In this document: positions 43,716-51,728 of the stretch, one piece after another | How positions within the stretch are numbered: position 1 is the first letter of the stretch | Layout: each line of letters begins with the position of its first letter | From: Armatimonadota bacterium | GTDB lineage: Bacteria; Armatimonadota; SYMT01 | Direction: 5' to 3' | Assembly (NCBI GenBank): GCA_041690135.1 | Contig: JAWLHY010000002.1 | Coordinates: 656,342 to 720,341 of the forward strand | Length of the DNA stretch: 64,000 bases | Made by a program: the position numbers and the translations under genes | Notes under the pieces: generated by a model | What the model was told of the DNA's origin: nothing | What the model saw: the letters and a program-made list of their open reading frames with translations, nothing else | Databases searched by the model: none

Positions 43716-45089
43716 CTATCCTACCAGTTCCTTCATCGGCTGGAGATGATCGAGGAGGTAGATGGGGCGACCTGTGCGGTCCTCGATCAGGGTAGTTTCC
43801 GGATTGATCCCCAGGTTGTGGTAGATCGTGGCGACGATCTCCTGCACGTGTACCGGACGCTCCTCGGCGCTACCGCCCAGGCGGTCGGTACGGCCGATAG
43901 CCTGGCCGGTCTTCATCCCGCCTCCGGCCATGATGGCGCAGCTCACCTGCGGCCAGTGGTCGCGGCCGGAGTCCTTGTTGATGGTGGGGGTGCGCCCGAA
44001 CTCGCCCCAGGCGATGACGGTCACGTCGTCCAGCATGCCGCGTTCGTCCAGGTCTTCCACCAGCGCGCTGAGGCACTGGTCGAGCTTGGAACCATGATCG
44101 CGTACCATGCCGAAGTTATCGCCGTGGCTGTCCCAGCGACCGTAAGAGAGGCTGACGCAGCGCACGCCCGCTTCTACCAGGCGGCGAGCGATCAGCAGGT
44201 GCTCGTTGCAGGTGGGGGCGCCGTCGTACTGGAACTTGTAGGGCTTGCCGTCCCCGTATCGCTCGCGAGTCTTCGGGCTTTCCTTGCTGATATCGAGCGC
44301 ATCGGCCAGGCGACTGGAAGTGAGCAGTTCGAAGGCCGCTTCGCTGGCGGAGTCACGGGCCTGCACGCCGAGGTCCATGTCCAGATCCCGGCGTTGAGCA
44401 TCCATCACCTTGAGCAGCCGGCGCCGGTCGGCGAGCCGATCGAGCGTGATCCCCTGCAGGCGGATCACATCTTCGCCCTTGGCGCCCCCACCGGCGGACA
44501 TGGCGTTCGGCCGGAACGGCTGGTAGGCGGGACCCAGGAAGCCGGCGCTGCCCGGTTCCGACCAGGGGGAGTGCTGGGTTTGCGCCGCCAACCCGATGGT
44601 AGGGGGAACGGCGCGGTCGACATAACCCTGGACCTTGGCCAGCACGGAGCCGATGGAGGGATAGCCCCCCTGGCCGGAGAGTGCGCGGCGGGGCCAGCCG
44701 GAGAGGCACTGGTAGGCATCGTGATCCCCGGCATTGCCGACCACCGAGCGGATGACGGCGAATTTGTCCATTCCGGCGGCGATCTTCGGGAAGACTTCGC
44801 AGATTTCGATGCCCGGGACCTTGGTGGCAATCGGCTTCATCGGGCCGCGGACTTCGTTGGGCGCGTCGGTCTTGATCTCCCACATGTCCTGGTGGGGCGG
44901 CCCGCCGCCCAGGAAGATGTTGATCACGGCCTTGTGCTGGTTCTTCTTGCCGGTGGCCGCCTCCGCACGCATCACGTCGGCCAGGGTCAGGCCGACGGTG
45001 CTGCCGAACGCAAAGCCGCCGATCTTCAGGAAGCTGCGCCGGGAGATGCCGTCGCAGTAGCGCGAGCCGCGTCCGTAAATCGTCAGCAT
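43716..45089 (-). CDS. DUF1501 domain protein
   Basis: SRRSFLKIG, FLGGGPPHQD, ARRLVEAGV, WDSH, GEFGRTP, GRDHWP. Confidence 0.93.
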   Translation of the reverse strand: MLTIYGRGSRYCDGISRRSFLKIGGFAFGSTVGLTLADVMRAEAATGKKNQHKAVINIFLGGGPPHQDMWEIKTDAPNEVRGPMKPIATKVPGIEICEVFPKIAAGMDKFAVIRSVVGNAGDHDAYQCLSGWPRRALSGQGGYPSIGSVLAKVQGYVDRAVPPTIGLAAQTQHSPWSEPGSAGFLGPAYQPFRPNAMSAGGGAKGEDVIRLQGITLDRLADRRRLLKVMDAQRRDLDMDLGVQARDSASEAAFELLTSSRLADALDISKESPKTRERYGDGKPYKFQYDGAPTCNEHLLIARRLVEAGVRCVSLSYGRWDSHGDNFGMVRDHGSKLDQCLSALVEDLDERGMLDDVTVIAWGEFGRTPTINKDSGRDHWPQVSCAIMAGGGMKTGQAIGRTDRLGGSAEERPVHVQEIVATIYHNLGINPETTLIEDRTGRPIYLLDHLQPMKELVG

Positions 45090-45221
45090 CGTTGCCTCTC
45101 CTCACTCCGCGCGCCGGGCGTGCGTTCCTCTTTCCAGCAGACTACCCGCGTGCAATCGTTGTGACACGACCGGGGTGGGTTCTGTTTCTTGAGTTCCGTT
45201 TGCGCCCGTAAGCTCCGGGGG

Positions 45222-48077
45222 CTACTTTCCCGCCTTGCGCTGCAGCGCAAGGCGGAGTTGGCTTTTTGCTTCCGTGGCGTAAGGATCCAGGGACAGGGCC
45301 CGCCGGAATGCGGCGATCGCGGCATCGATCCGCTTCGTCTCCAGGTACAGTAGCCCGAGGTTGTAGTGGGGGAGCGCCAGGTCCGGCTGTAACTGAAGCG
45401 CCTTGCGGTAATTCTGTTCGGCTTCCGTAAGCTTCTTCCGCAGCTTGCATAAGTTGCCGAGGCCGTTGTAGGCGTGGGCGTGTTTCGGGTCCAACTGGAG
45501 TGCTTTCCGATAGGCCTGCTCTGCCTCCGGAAGTTTCTTCAGGTCGAGATAGACATTTCCCAGCCCATTGTGGGGAGAAGCGCTTCCGGGCTCCAGTTGC
45601 AGCGCCTTCCGGTAGGCCTGTTGAGCTTCGAAGTACTTCGCTTGCTTACGGAGCACATGTCCCAGTCCGGTATGTGAGTGGGCATAATCGGCGTCCAGTT
45701 CTATGGCTTTGCGGTAGGCTGCTCCCGCCTCCGCATATTTCCGCTGTTCCAGGAGCGCATTGCCGAGGTTGTGCTGGGCGCCCGAATCGGACGGGTCCCG
45801 CTCCAGGACATTGCGAAACGACTGCTCCGCCAGGGGGTATTTCTTCTGATCAAACAGCACGTTGCCCAGCGCGAAGTGGAAATCCGTGTCCTCGGGGTCC
45901 AGTTGCAGCCCCTTGCGGAAGATCTGCGCCGCTTCGGAGGACCTTCCCTGGTCCTGGACCACCCTCCCCAATTCAAAGAGAGCGAAAGTGTTCGTGGGCG
46001 CGAGGTCGAGAGCGCGCCGGTAGGAGTTTTCGGCCTCCACCCACTTCCTCTGGTCGTGGAGCGTGCGACCCAACTCGTAGAGAGCGCTGGCGTCCTTGGG
46101 AGCCAGCCGGATCGCCTCTCCGAACGCCGCTTCGGATTCTGTGTACTTCTTGAGAGCCCGTAAGACCTTCCCCAGACCCAGGTGGGTTGGGGCATCAGCC
46201 GGTTCCAGGGCAGCGGCCTTCTGGTAGCACTCGACTGCCTCCGGGAGCTTCTCCTGTTCGAAGAGCACGTTGCCGAGGTTGTAGTGAGCGGTGGCGGTGT
46301 CCTCCAACTCGAGGGCCTTGCGGAACGAGGCTTCCGCCTCCAGCAGCTTCTTCTGTTCTCGATAGATGTTGCCCAGCCCCACGTACGCCGCGGCGTACGT
46401 GGGGTCCAGCGCAACCGCCTTGCGGTAGACGGCTGCCGCATCCGCATGCTTGCCTAGCTTGTAAAGGGTGTTTCCCAGGTCCTGGAAGTTGGCAATCGCC
46501 ATGGGGTCCAGTTCGGTGGCTTTGCGCAGGGCTGCTTCCGCTTCGACCAGCTTCTGCTGGCGGTAGAGGGCGTACCCGAGAGCTCCATGCGCGGCTGCCG
46601 ACGTAGGATCCAGCTCCGCAGCTTTCCCGTAGGCAACCGTGGCCTCCGCCAGTTCGTGCTGCGCGTCGAGGGCGTTGCCGAGGTCGAGCTGAAAGTCGGC
46701 TCGCCCGGGATCCAATTCCAGCGCCTTTCGCAGTGCCGCGACCGCCTCCCCATAGCGCTTCTGGTGGTGCAGCGCGAGACCCAGCCGGTGGTGGGTATTG
46801 GGTGCTTCGGGGCGCACCTCCAGCGACTTGCGGTAGGCGCCTTCCGCCTCCGGATACCGTTCTTGGGATTCCAGCGCCAGTCCCAGATTATGGTGCGTGG
46901 CGCCGTCCCTCGGATTGAGTTCAAGAGCCTTGCGGTAGGACGCTTCGGCTTCCGGGTAGTGGTGCTGGTGATACAGCGCGTTACCCAGGTCGTGATGGGC
47001 GCTTGCTGATTCGGGCTTCAGTTCGAGGGCCTGGCGGTAGGCCTGTTCGGCGTCGGCGTGTTGTCCCCGATCCGTGAACAGGTGGCCCAGTTGGGTGCGC
47101 GGGTAGGGGTTCTTGGGGTCCATTTCGCCGGCCCGCCGCAAGAGGCGTTCGGCCTCCGAGTATTTCTTCTGCAGGCGGTAAACGGTCCCGAGACCGGTAT
47201 AGGGCGGGGCGTAAGTAGGGTCCAGTTCGATCGCCTTGAGGTGGGCCGTCTCCGCCTCGGCGTACTTCTCCTGGCTGGTGAGGGCGAGCCCCAATCCGAA
47301 GTGGCAGTTCGCCAGCTCGGGACGCACTTCGATGGCCCGGCGATAGGCCGCTTCGGCGTCCGCGTACTTCCCCCGCGCGCGATAGCCGTCCCCCAGGTTG
47401 AGGTGCGGGTCCACCGCGGTTGGTTCCAGTGCACCGGCCTTGCGGAACGCCGTCTCCGCTTCCTCATACTGGTGCTGTGCATCGAGCCACTGCCCCAGTT
47501 CGAAGTGGGCCAGCGAAGCCTGGGGCGCCAGCTCGACGGCACGCCGGAGGGCCTCCTCGGCTTCAGAGAATGCCTGCTGTCGAAGCATACGGCCGAGCAG
47601 GCAGAAGGCGAGGGCGCACTGCGGGTCGCTTTGGAGTGCCTGCCGGATTGCGTTCTTCGCCGTCTCGAAGTCTTTGCGATCCAGGGCGAGGGTGGCGAGC
47701 CCGAGGTGACCGATAGTCTGGCGGGCATCCTGTCGCACGCTCGCGCGCAGGTGCTTTTCTCCCGCCGCATAGTCCCCGTTCCGCACCAGGGCAAAGCCCA
47801 GCAGGGCCCGAGCCCCCGCATGGTCCGGGTCCAGGGCCAGAGCCGCGCGCGCCAGGGAAAATACCTTCTCGGGAACCTCAATCTGCGCCAGGAGCGGTTC
47901 TCCCAGGCTGACCAGGTCATCCGCCGCCCCAGCTTCGGACGCGCATTCCCGCTCGAAGGGCGGAATCGGCCGAACGACCCCGCCTTCCGGTAAGGAGTGG
48001 GGTCCTGCCCAAACGGTAGCCGGCGGGACGGTAGCCAGAGCCAGCAGCAGGACGACAGTCGTTGAAGCGGGTCGCAT
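45222..48077 (-). CDS. Secreted tetratricopeptide-repeat protein (~25 repeats)
   Basis: Signal peptide MRPASTTVVLLLALA; 34-aa repeats (AH.NLG..L...Y.EA...YRKALEL.P) to the C-terminus. Confidence 0.93.
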   Translation of the reverse strand: MRPASTTVVLLLALATVPPATVWAGPHSLPEGGVVRPIPPFERECASEAGAADDLVSLGEPLLAQIEVPEKVFSLARAALALDPDHAGARALLGFALVRNGDYAAGEKHLRASVRQDARQTIGHLGLATLALDRKDFETAKNAIRQALQSDPQCALAFCLLGRMLRQQAFSEAEEALRRAVELAPQASLAHFELGQWLDAQHQYEEAETAFRKAGALEPTAVDPHLNLGDGYRARGKYADAEAAYRRAIEVRPELANCHFGLGLALTSQEKYAEAETAHLKAIELDPTYAPPYTGLGTVYRLQKKYSEAERLLRRAGEMDPKNPYPRTQLGHLFTDRGQHADAEQAYRQALELKPESASAHHDLGNALYHQHHYPEAEASYRKALELNPRDGATHHNLGLALESQERYPEAEGAYRKSLEVRPEAPNTHHRLGLALHHQKRYGEAVAALRKALELDPGRADFQLDLGNALDAQHELAEATVAYGKAAELDPTSAAAHGALGYALYRQQKLVEAEAALRKATELDPMAIANFQDLGNTLYKLGKHADAAAVYRKAVALDPTYAAAYVGLGNIYREQKKLLEAEASFRKALELEDTATAHYNLGNVLFEQEKLPEAVECYQKAAALEPADAPTHLGLGKVLRALKKYTESEAAFGEAIRLAPKDASALYELGRTLHDQRKWVEAENSYRRALDLAPTNTFALFELGRVVQDQGRSSEAAQIFRKGLQLDPEDTDFHFALGNVLFDQKKYPLAEQSFRNVLERDPSDSGAQHNLGNALLEQRKYAEAGAAYRKAIELDADYAHSHTGLGHVLRKQAKYFEAQQAYRKALQLEPGSASPHNGLGNVYLDLKKLPEAEQAYRKALQLDPKHAHAYNGLGNLCKLRKKLTEAEQNYRKALQLQPDLALPHYNLGLLYLETKRIDAAIAAFRRALSLDPYATEAKSQLRLALQRKAGK

Positions 48078-48096
48078 CACGCACTCCAGAATAAAG

Positions 48097-49608
48097 TCAA
48101 CGGGGCCGCGTCGAGAGCGAGGCCAGGATCTCCTGCAGGTAGCGCCGTAGATAGAAACGGCCCATCCGGTCCTTGTCCGGGGAGAAGACGGGGGCATCCC
48201 CTTCGGGACGGCCCTCGCGCTGTAGGATGACGGCGGCGACCGGTCCTGTGCCTCCGGCAACCGGTCCGGGAACGCGTGCCACCAGGCGCAGGGCGGCACG
48301 CTCGAGCCAGGCCGCGCGGTCGCGGGCGTGGCCCTCTTGCTCTAGCCAGGCGATGGGGACCAGCGCCGCCAGTATCCCGCCGGCTCGGAGCCGCTCCAGC
48401 AACTGCGCGGGCCGGTGCGCGGAATGGGATCCGGCAACCAGGTCGGCGAGGAGCCAGGCCGGGCCCTTGCCGTCGGTCACCTCGCGCGCGGACCACTGGC
48501 GGACGGTCCGCACGAAAGCTCCGCCGAGCGGGTAGGCCTCCACCACGCGCGGTGCGCGGGTCGCACCTTCCCGCTCGCGGTCGAGGATGGCGCAGACACG
48601 GGCGAGGAACTGGCCCACTTCCCGTTGCCAGCCGCTCAGCTCCCGGCCTCCTTCTTCCGCGGGGGCGCCGCCGGGAAGGTAGCGCAGCACCTCATTCGCG
48701 GTCCGCTCCCCTCCACCCCAGGTGAGGCGATGGACCGAAGGCGCCTCTTCCCAGAGCTTCTTCACACCCTCGGGAGTTTCCGGGCCCCGATCGAGCGCCA
48801 CCACCGTCTTCCCCTGCCGGGCCGCCTCCCGACATTCGGCAGCCATGACTCCCTCCTCGCGGATGTCGACCGCTACCACCACGTCCGCCAGGGTGAAGAG
48901 CAGGCCGTCGCGCCGGGGACCACTGCGGGGATGCCACCGCTCGCGCCAGCCGCAGGGGGAGAGCAAGAGCTGGAGCTCCGGATCGAAAGCGGTGTCCCAG
49001 ACGCGGGCCGTGGCCACCGGTTCTCGTTCCAGGCCCGCGGGAAAGGCTTCCGCGATACCGCGGTCCAGGACCATCACGGTAGGGGCGGCATGGCGCTTGG
49101 CGGCGGTGGCGGCAGCCTGGTACGCCTCGCGGTTGGTGGAGGTGACGAGCGCCAGGTCGCGCCGTGCGAGGGCATCGGCCACCGCGTCGGTAATGGCAAT
49201 GGCGGCGTGAGACGCATTCCGGCTATTGGCAAAGGCGACCCGCGGCTCTTCGAACAGGCCCAGCGCACCGTAGGCGAACACCAGGGGCCACCGCCGGTGG
49301 GCCGACTGCGCCAGGATGGCGGGGTACTCCGCGTCCGAAGGGACCAGCACATCCACTCCGCGGCGGGTAATGTCTCTCGCTTCCTCCGCGGCCCGCTCCC
49401 AGCGCGCCTCCCCCTCGGTCTCCAGCAGGGCCACGGCGCGGGCATCCAAAGAAACGAGCCGGCGCAGGTCTTCGGGCGCGGCGAGCCAGAGGTCCGCCAG
49501 GCCCTGACGCCCCTCGCGCGCGTGGTCCATCAGAGCCAGGAGCGTGCGCTCACCCACGTGGGGCAACGCCGACCAGGCCAGCACCGCCTGTAGTTCTTGC
49601 GGGTCCAA
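48097..49608 (-). CDS. Divergent DprA/Smf-like protein with C-terminal degenerate methyltransferase-like domain
   Basis: LPHVG, DAEYPAIL, VFAYG, VAFANSR, LADVVVAV, QGKTVVAL follow the DprA motif order; extra ~180-aa C-terminal domain. Confidence 0.75.
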   Translation of the reverse strand: MDPQELQAVLAWSALPHVGERTLLALMDHAREGRQGLADLWLAAPEDLRRLVSLDARAVALLETEGEARWERAAEEARDITRRGVDVLVPSDAEYPAILAQSAHRRWPLVFAYGALGLFEEPRVAFANSRNASHAAIAITDAVADALARRDLALVTSTNREAYQAAATAAKRHAAPTVMVLDRGIAEAFPAGLEREPVATARVWDTAFDPELQLLLSPCGWRERWHPRSGPRRDGLLFTLADVVVAVDIREEGVMAAECREAARQGKTVVALDRGPETPEGVKKLWEEAPSVHRLTWGGGERTANEVLRYLPGGAPAEEGGRELSGWQREVGQFLARVCAILDREREGATRAPRVVEAYPLGGAFVRTVRQWSAREVTDGKGPAWLLADLVAGSHSAHRPAQLLERLRAGGILAALVPIAWLEQEGHARDRAAWLERAALRLVARVPGPVAGGTGPVAAVILQREGRPEGDAPVFSPDKDRMGRFYLRRYLQEILASLSTRPR

Positions 49609-49842
49609 CAGTTAGCTCCTTGCCTTCGGTTGATCAGGATTGAGATGAAGATTGGGATCAGGATGGCGAGGGATCAGAGGTGCTGCCGGGTTAAACCGCC
49701 GGGTCGCCAACCCCGCCAAGAAAGAGACGAGGATCCTCAATTTCACCACAGAGAACACGAGCTTCCTCGTATGGAAGCGCTCGGATTGAGGAAGACGGGG
49801 ATCCTGTGAAGACTTGGCCCTTACCCAGGTACTCGTGGCACA

Positions 49843-50343
49843 TCAAAACGCCCCAATGGGGTTTGGGCGGAGTGCGAAACCACATTGCCAGGCTTTCTCG
49901 AACACCGTTCGGGAACAGGTGCTGTGAGCTTGTGTCGAGAGCGTAGCGTGGGAAAGTGGGTCGGAGAATGTCACCTGGAAGTCATCGATCGCCACTATGA
50001 CAACCGCGTGGAGCGGGCAGAAGCCATCCAGCGCATATCCAAGCACTTCGTCGTCGTAGGCGTGCAGGTTGGCGATAACCGGGGTGGGGTCGGGTTCGGA
50101 AAGGTGTGCCTCTACTTCCTCCAGGGTAAATGCCGGGATGGCCTGAACACCTGCCAGATTGCTGATGTTGCTGAATGGTGTGCCGGTATGGGGATCGAAT
50201 TCGAGTTGCTCTATAATCGTCTCCCAGGAATGTTCGATCCCCAAGAAGGCGCAAACCATCGCGACGCAGGCGGGAACACAGGCAGGAAGATCCTCCTCCT
50301 GGGGTTCGTAGGGAAACTCATCGGGATTGGGCAGCGACGGCAT
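49843..50343 (-). CDS. Peptidase C39-like papain-fold cysteine protease
   Basis: Q....ACVPACVAMV (catalytic Cys), LHAVVIVAID (His), SDP (Asp). Confidence 0.8.
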   Translation of the reverse strand: MPSLPNPDEFPYEPQEEDLPACVPACVAMVCAFLGIEHSWETIIEQLEFDPHTGTPFSNISNLAGVQAIPAFTLEEVEAHLSEPDPTPVIANLHAYDDEVLGYALDGFCPLHAVVIVAIDDFQVTFSDPLSHATLSTQAHSTCSRTVFEKAWQCGFALRPNPIGAF

Positions 50344-51610
50344 GCTGTGGCCCTTCTTGGGACTCGCTGACTACTCCTGTAATGGCGTCAACGTACAGCT
50401 TGCCTGCAGGGTGTTTGCCAGGTTCCGCCCAGCCCTCGGGTAATCTCGCCGCATCTTCCCTCGATAGACCGCGGGGAGGCGAGTAAAAAAAGGCGATCTC
50501 CCAGAGCCTCTCTGTTCTACGGGCCGGAAGTTCTACGCCGAACCTCTGACCGCGCGTGTGCGAAAGGTATGCGCAGGCGGCTCGGACGGCCTGCTGCTCA
50601 TTAGTGACACCCGGCCAGGGATCCGCGATCAGACGCGAGGGAATCCCCTGGTTGATGCGGTGTTCCCAGTAGAGCGCATCTTGTAGACGGCTCAATTCAT
50701 CCGCCCCTTTAGGGGTTATTGATCCCGACCGGGTAGCACCCTTGAGCGTCTCATATTGCTCAAGCTTCCGATCATCCAGGAGGCGGACTGGAAGCAGGGG
50801 TGTCCGGGGCCAGCCTGCGAACAATTCTTCTTGAGAGCCAGGATGATCTCTGGTATGCGGTGCCTCCTTGATAAGCTCTCTCGCTTCCTTCTCTGACCAA
50901 CCGTAGAGTTCGACGACCGCACTGAGCAAGTAGAGTTGGTGATCACGGATGTAGGATGGCAGGTCCAATCGGCAGGCCGACTGTGCTTCATACAGTTGAT
51001 GCAGGCGATAAGAGAGCAAAGCGACCTGCGCAAAAGTACTCGGCTTGAGCGCTGGGGCCGCTATCGGTAATCTCTCCAGTACTTTCTTAGCGAGTTCCTT
51101 GCTCTGGCTACCAACTTCCTGGGCAGTGCGAGCATAGAGAACGTGACCTATGGCGCTGTTCAGGATCCCTACCACCGCGAACGCCATCGCCAGTTCCCAG
51201 CCGGGTGCCAGTGCACCTATCCATGCCCGCCTGGGATAGATCGCCTCCGCGGTCACGGACCAGCGCAGATTGGCGGAACGGTCTGCCGCCACCAGCTTCA
51301 CCGGTGCATCCACGAGGGGTCGCGGGAGCTTCGTGATATGTGAACTGCCGTCTGCCTTTGCGAAGGCCGCCGAAATATCCTCGTACAGTGCCCACTGTTC
51401 TCGCCGGTGATAGTGGTAGCTCTTCAGGTCGGCAGCCTGGAGCACCCGGTAGTGCTCCGGAGATTCGCGCAGCCGGCCAACTGGAACAGTCACCTTCGGT
51501 GGGAAGCGAGCGCAACGGAGCGGCTCGATGATCCGCCCGAGCAGGATGAACTCCTGTTCTTCCTTCACCGACTTCGCAACCCGATCCAGCAGTTGAGTCC
51601 CTGTTGCCAT
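50318..51610 (-). CDS. Stand-alone R-M target-recognition (TaqI_C-like) domain fused to unknown C-terminal domains
   Basis: KLVAAD...VVGILNS...LERLPI...VVELYGWSEKE resembles type IIG/Eco57I C-termini; C-terminal GKLYVDAITGVV. Confidence 0.6.
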   Translation of the reverse strand: MATGTQLLDRVAKSVKEEQEFILLGRIIEPLRCARFPPKVTVPVGRLRESPEHYRVLQAADLKSYHYHRREQWALYEDISAAFAKADGSSHITKLPRPLVDAPVKLVAADRSANLRWSVTAEAIYPRRAWIGALAPGWELAMAFAVVGILNSAIGHVLYARTAQEVGSQSKELAKKVLERLPIAAPALKPSTFAQVALLSYRLHQLYEAQSACRLDLPSYIRDHQLYLLSAVVELYGWSEKEARELIKEAPHTRDHPGSQEELFAGWPRTPLLPVRLLDDRKLEQYETLKGATRSGSITPKGADELSRLQDALYWEHRINQGIPSRLIADPWPGVTNEQQAVRAACAYLSHTRGQRFGVELPARRTERLWEIAFFYSPPRGLSREDAARLPEGWAEPGKHPAGKLYVDAITGVVSESQEGPQHAVAAQSR

Positions 51611-51728
51611 GGCTTTAACATCCCCAGTGCTCTCGCTCGCAAGGCTTGCATTCATGGTACGGCTTGGGCAGCCCGTCGTCCACCAGACATTGCACTCGCG
51701 ATCCGTGGGTTCAATTGCCCAAGTCCAC

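Noticed and set aside
45222-48077. ~102-nt periodicity as a CRISPR array or DNA repeat
   Set aside because: Explained by 34-aa TPR coding repeats; there are no identical direct repeats with spacers and no cas genes.
49811-51725. GACTTGG / CCAAGTC as terminal inverted repeats around the TRD-C39 pair
   Set aside because: Only a 7-bp match, with no target duplication and no transposase.
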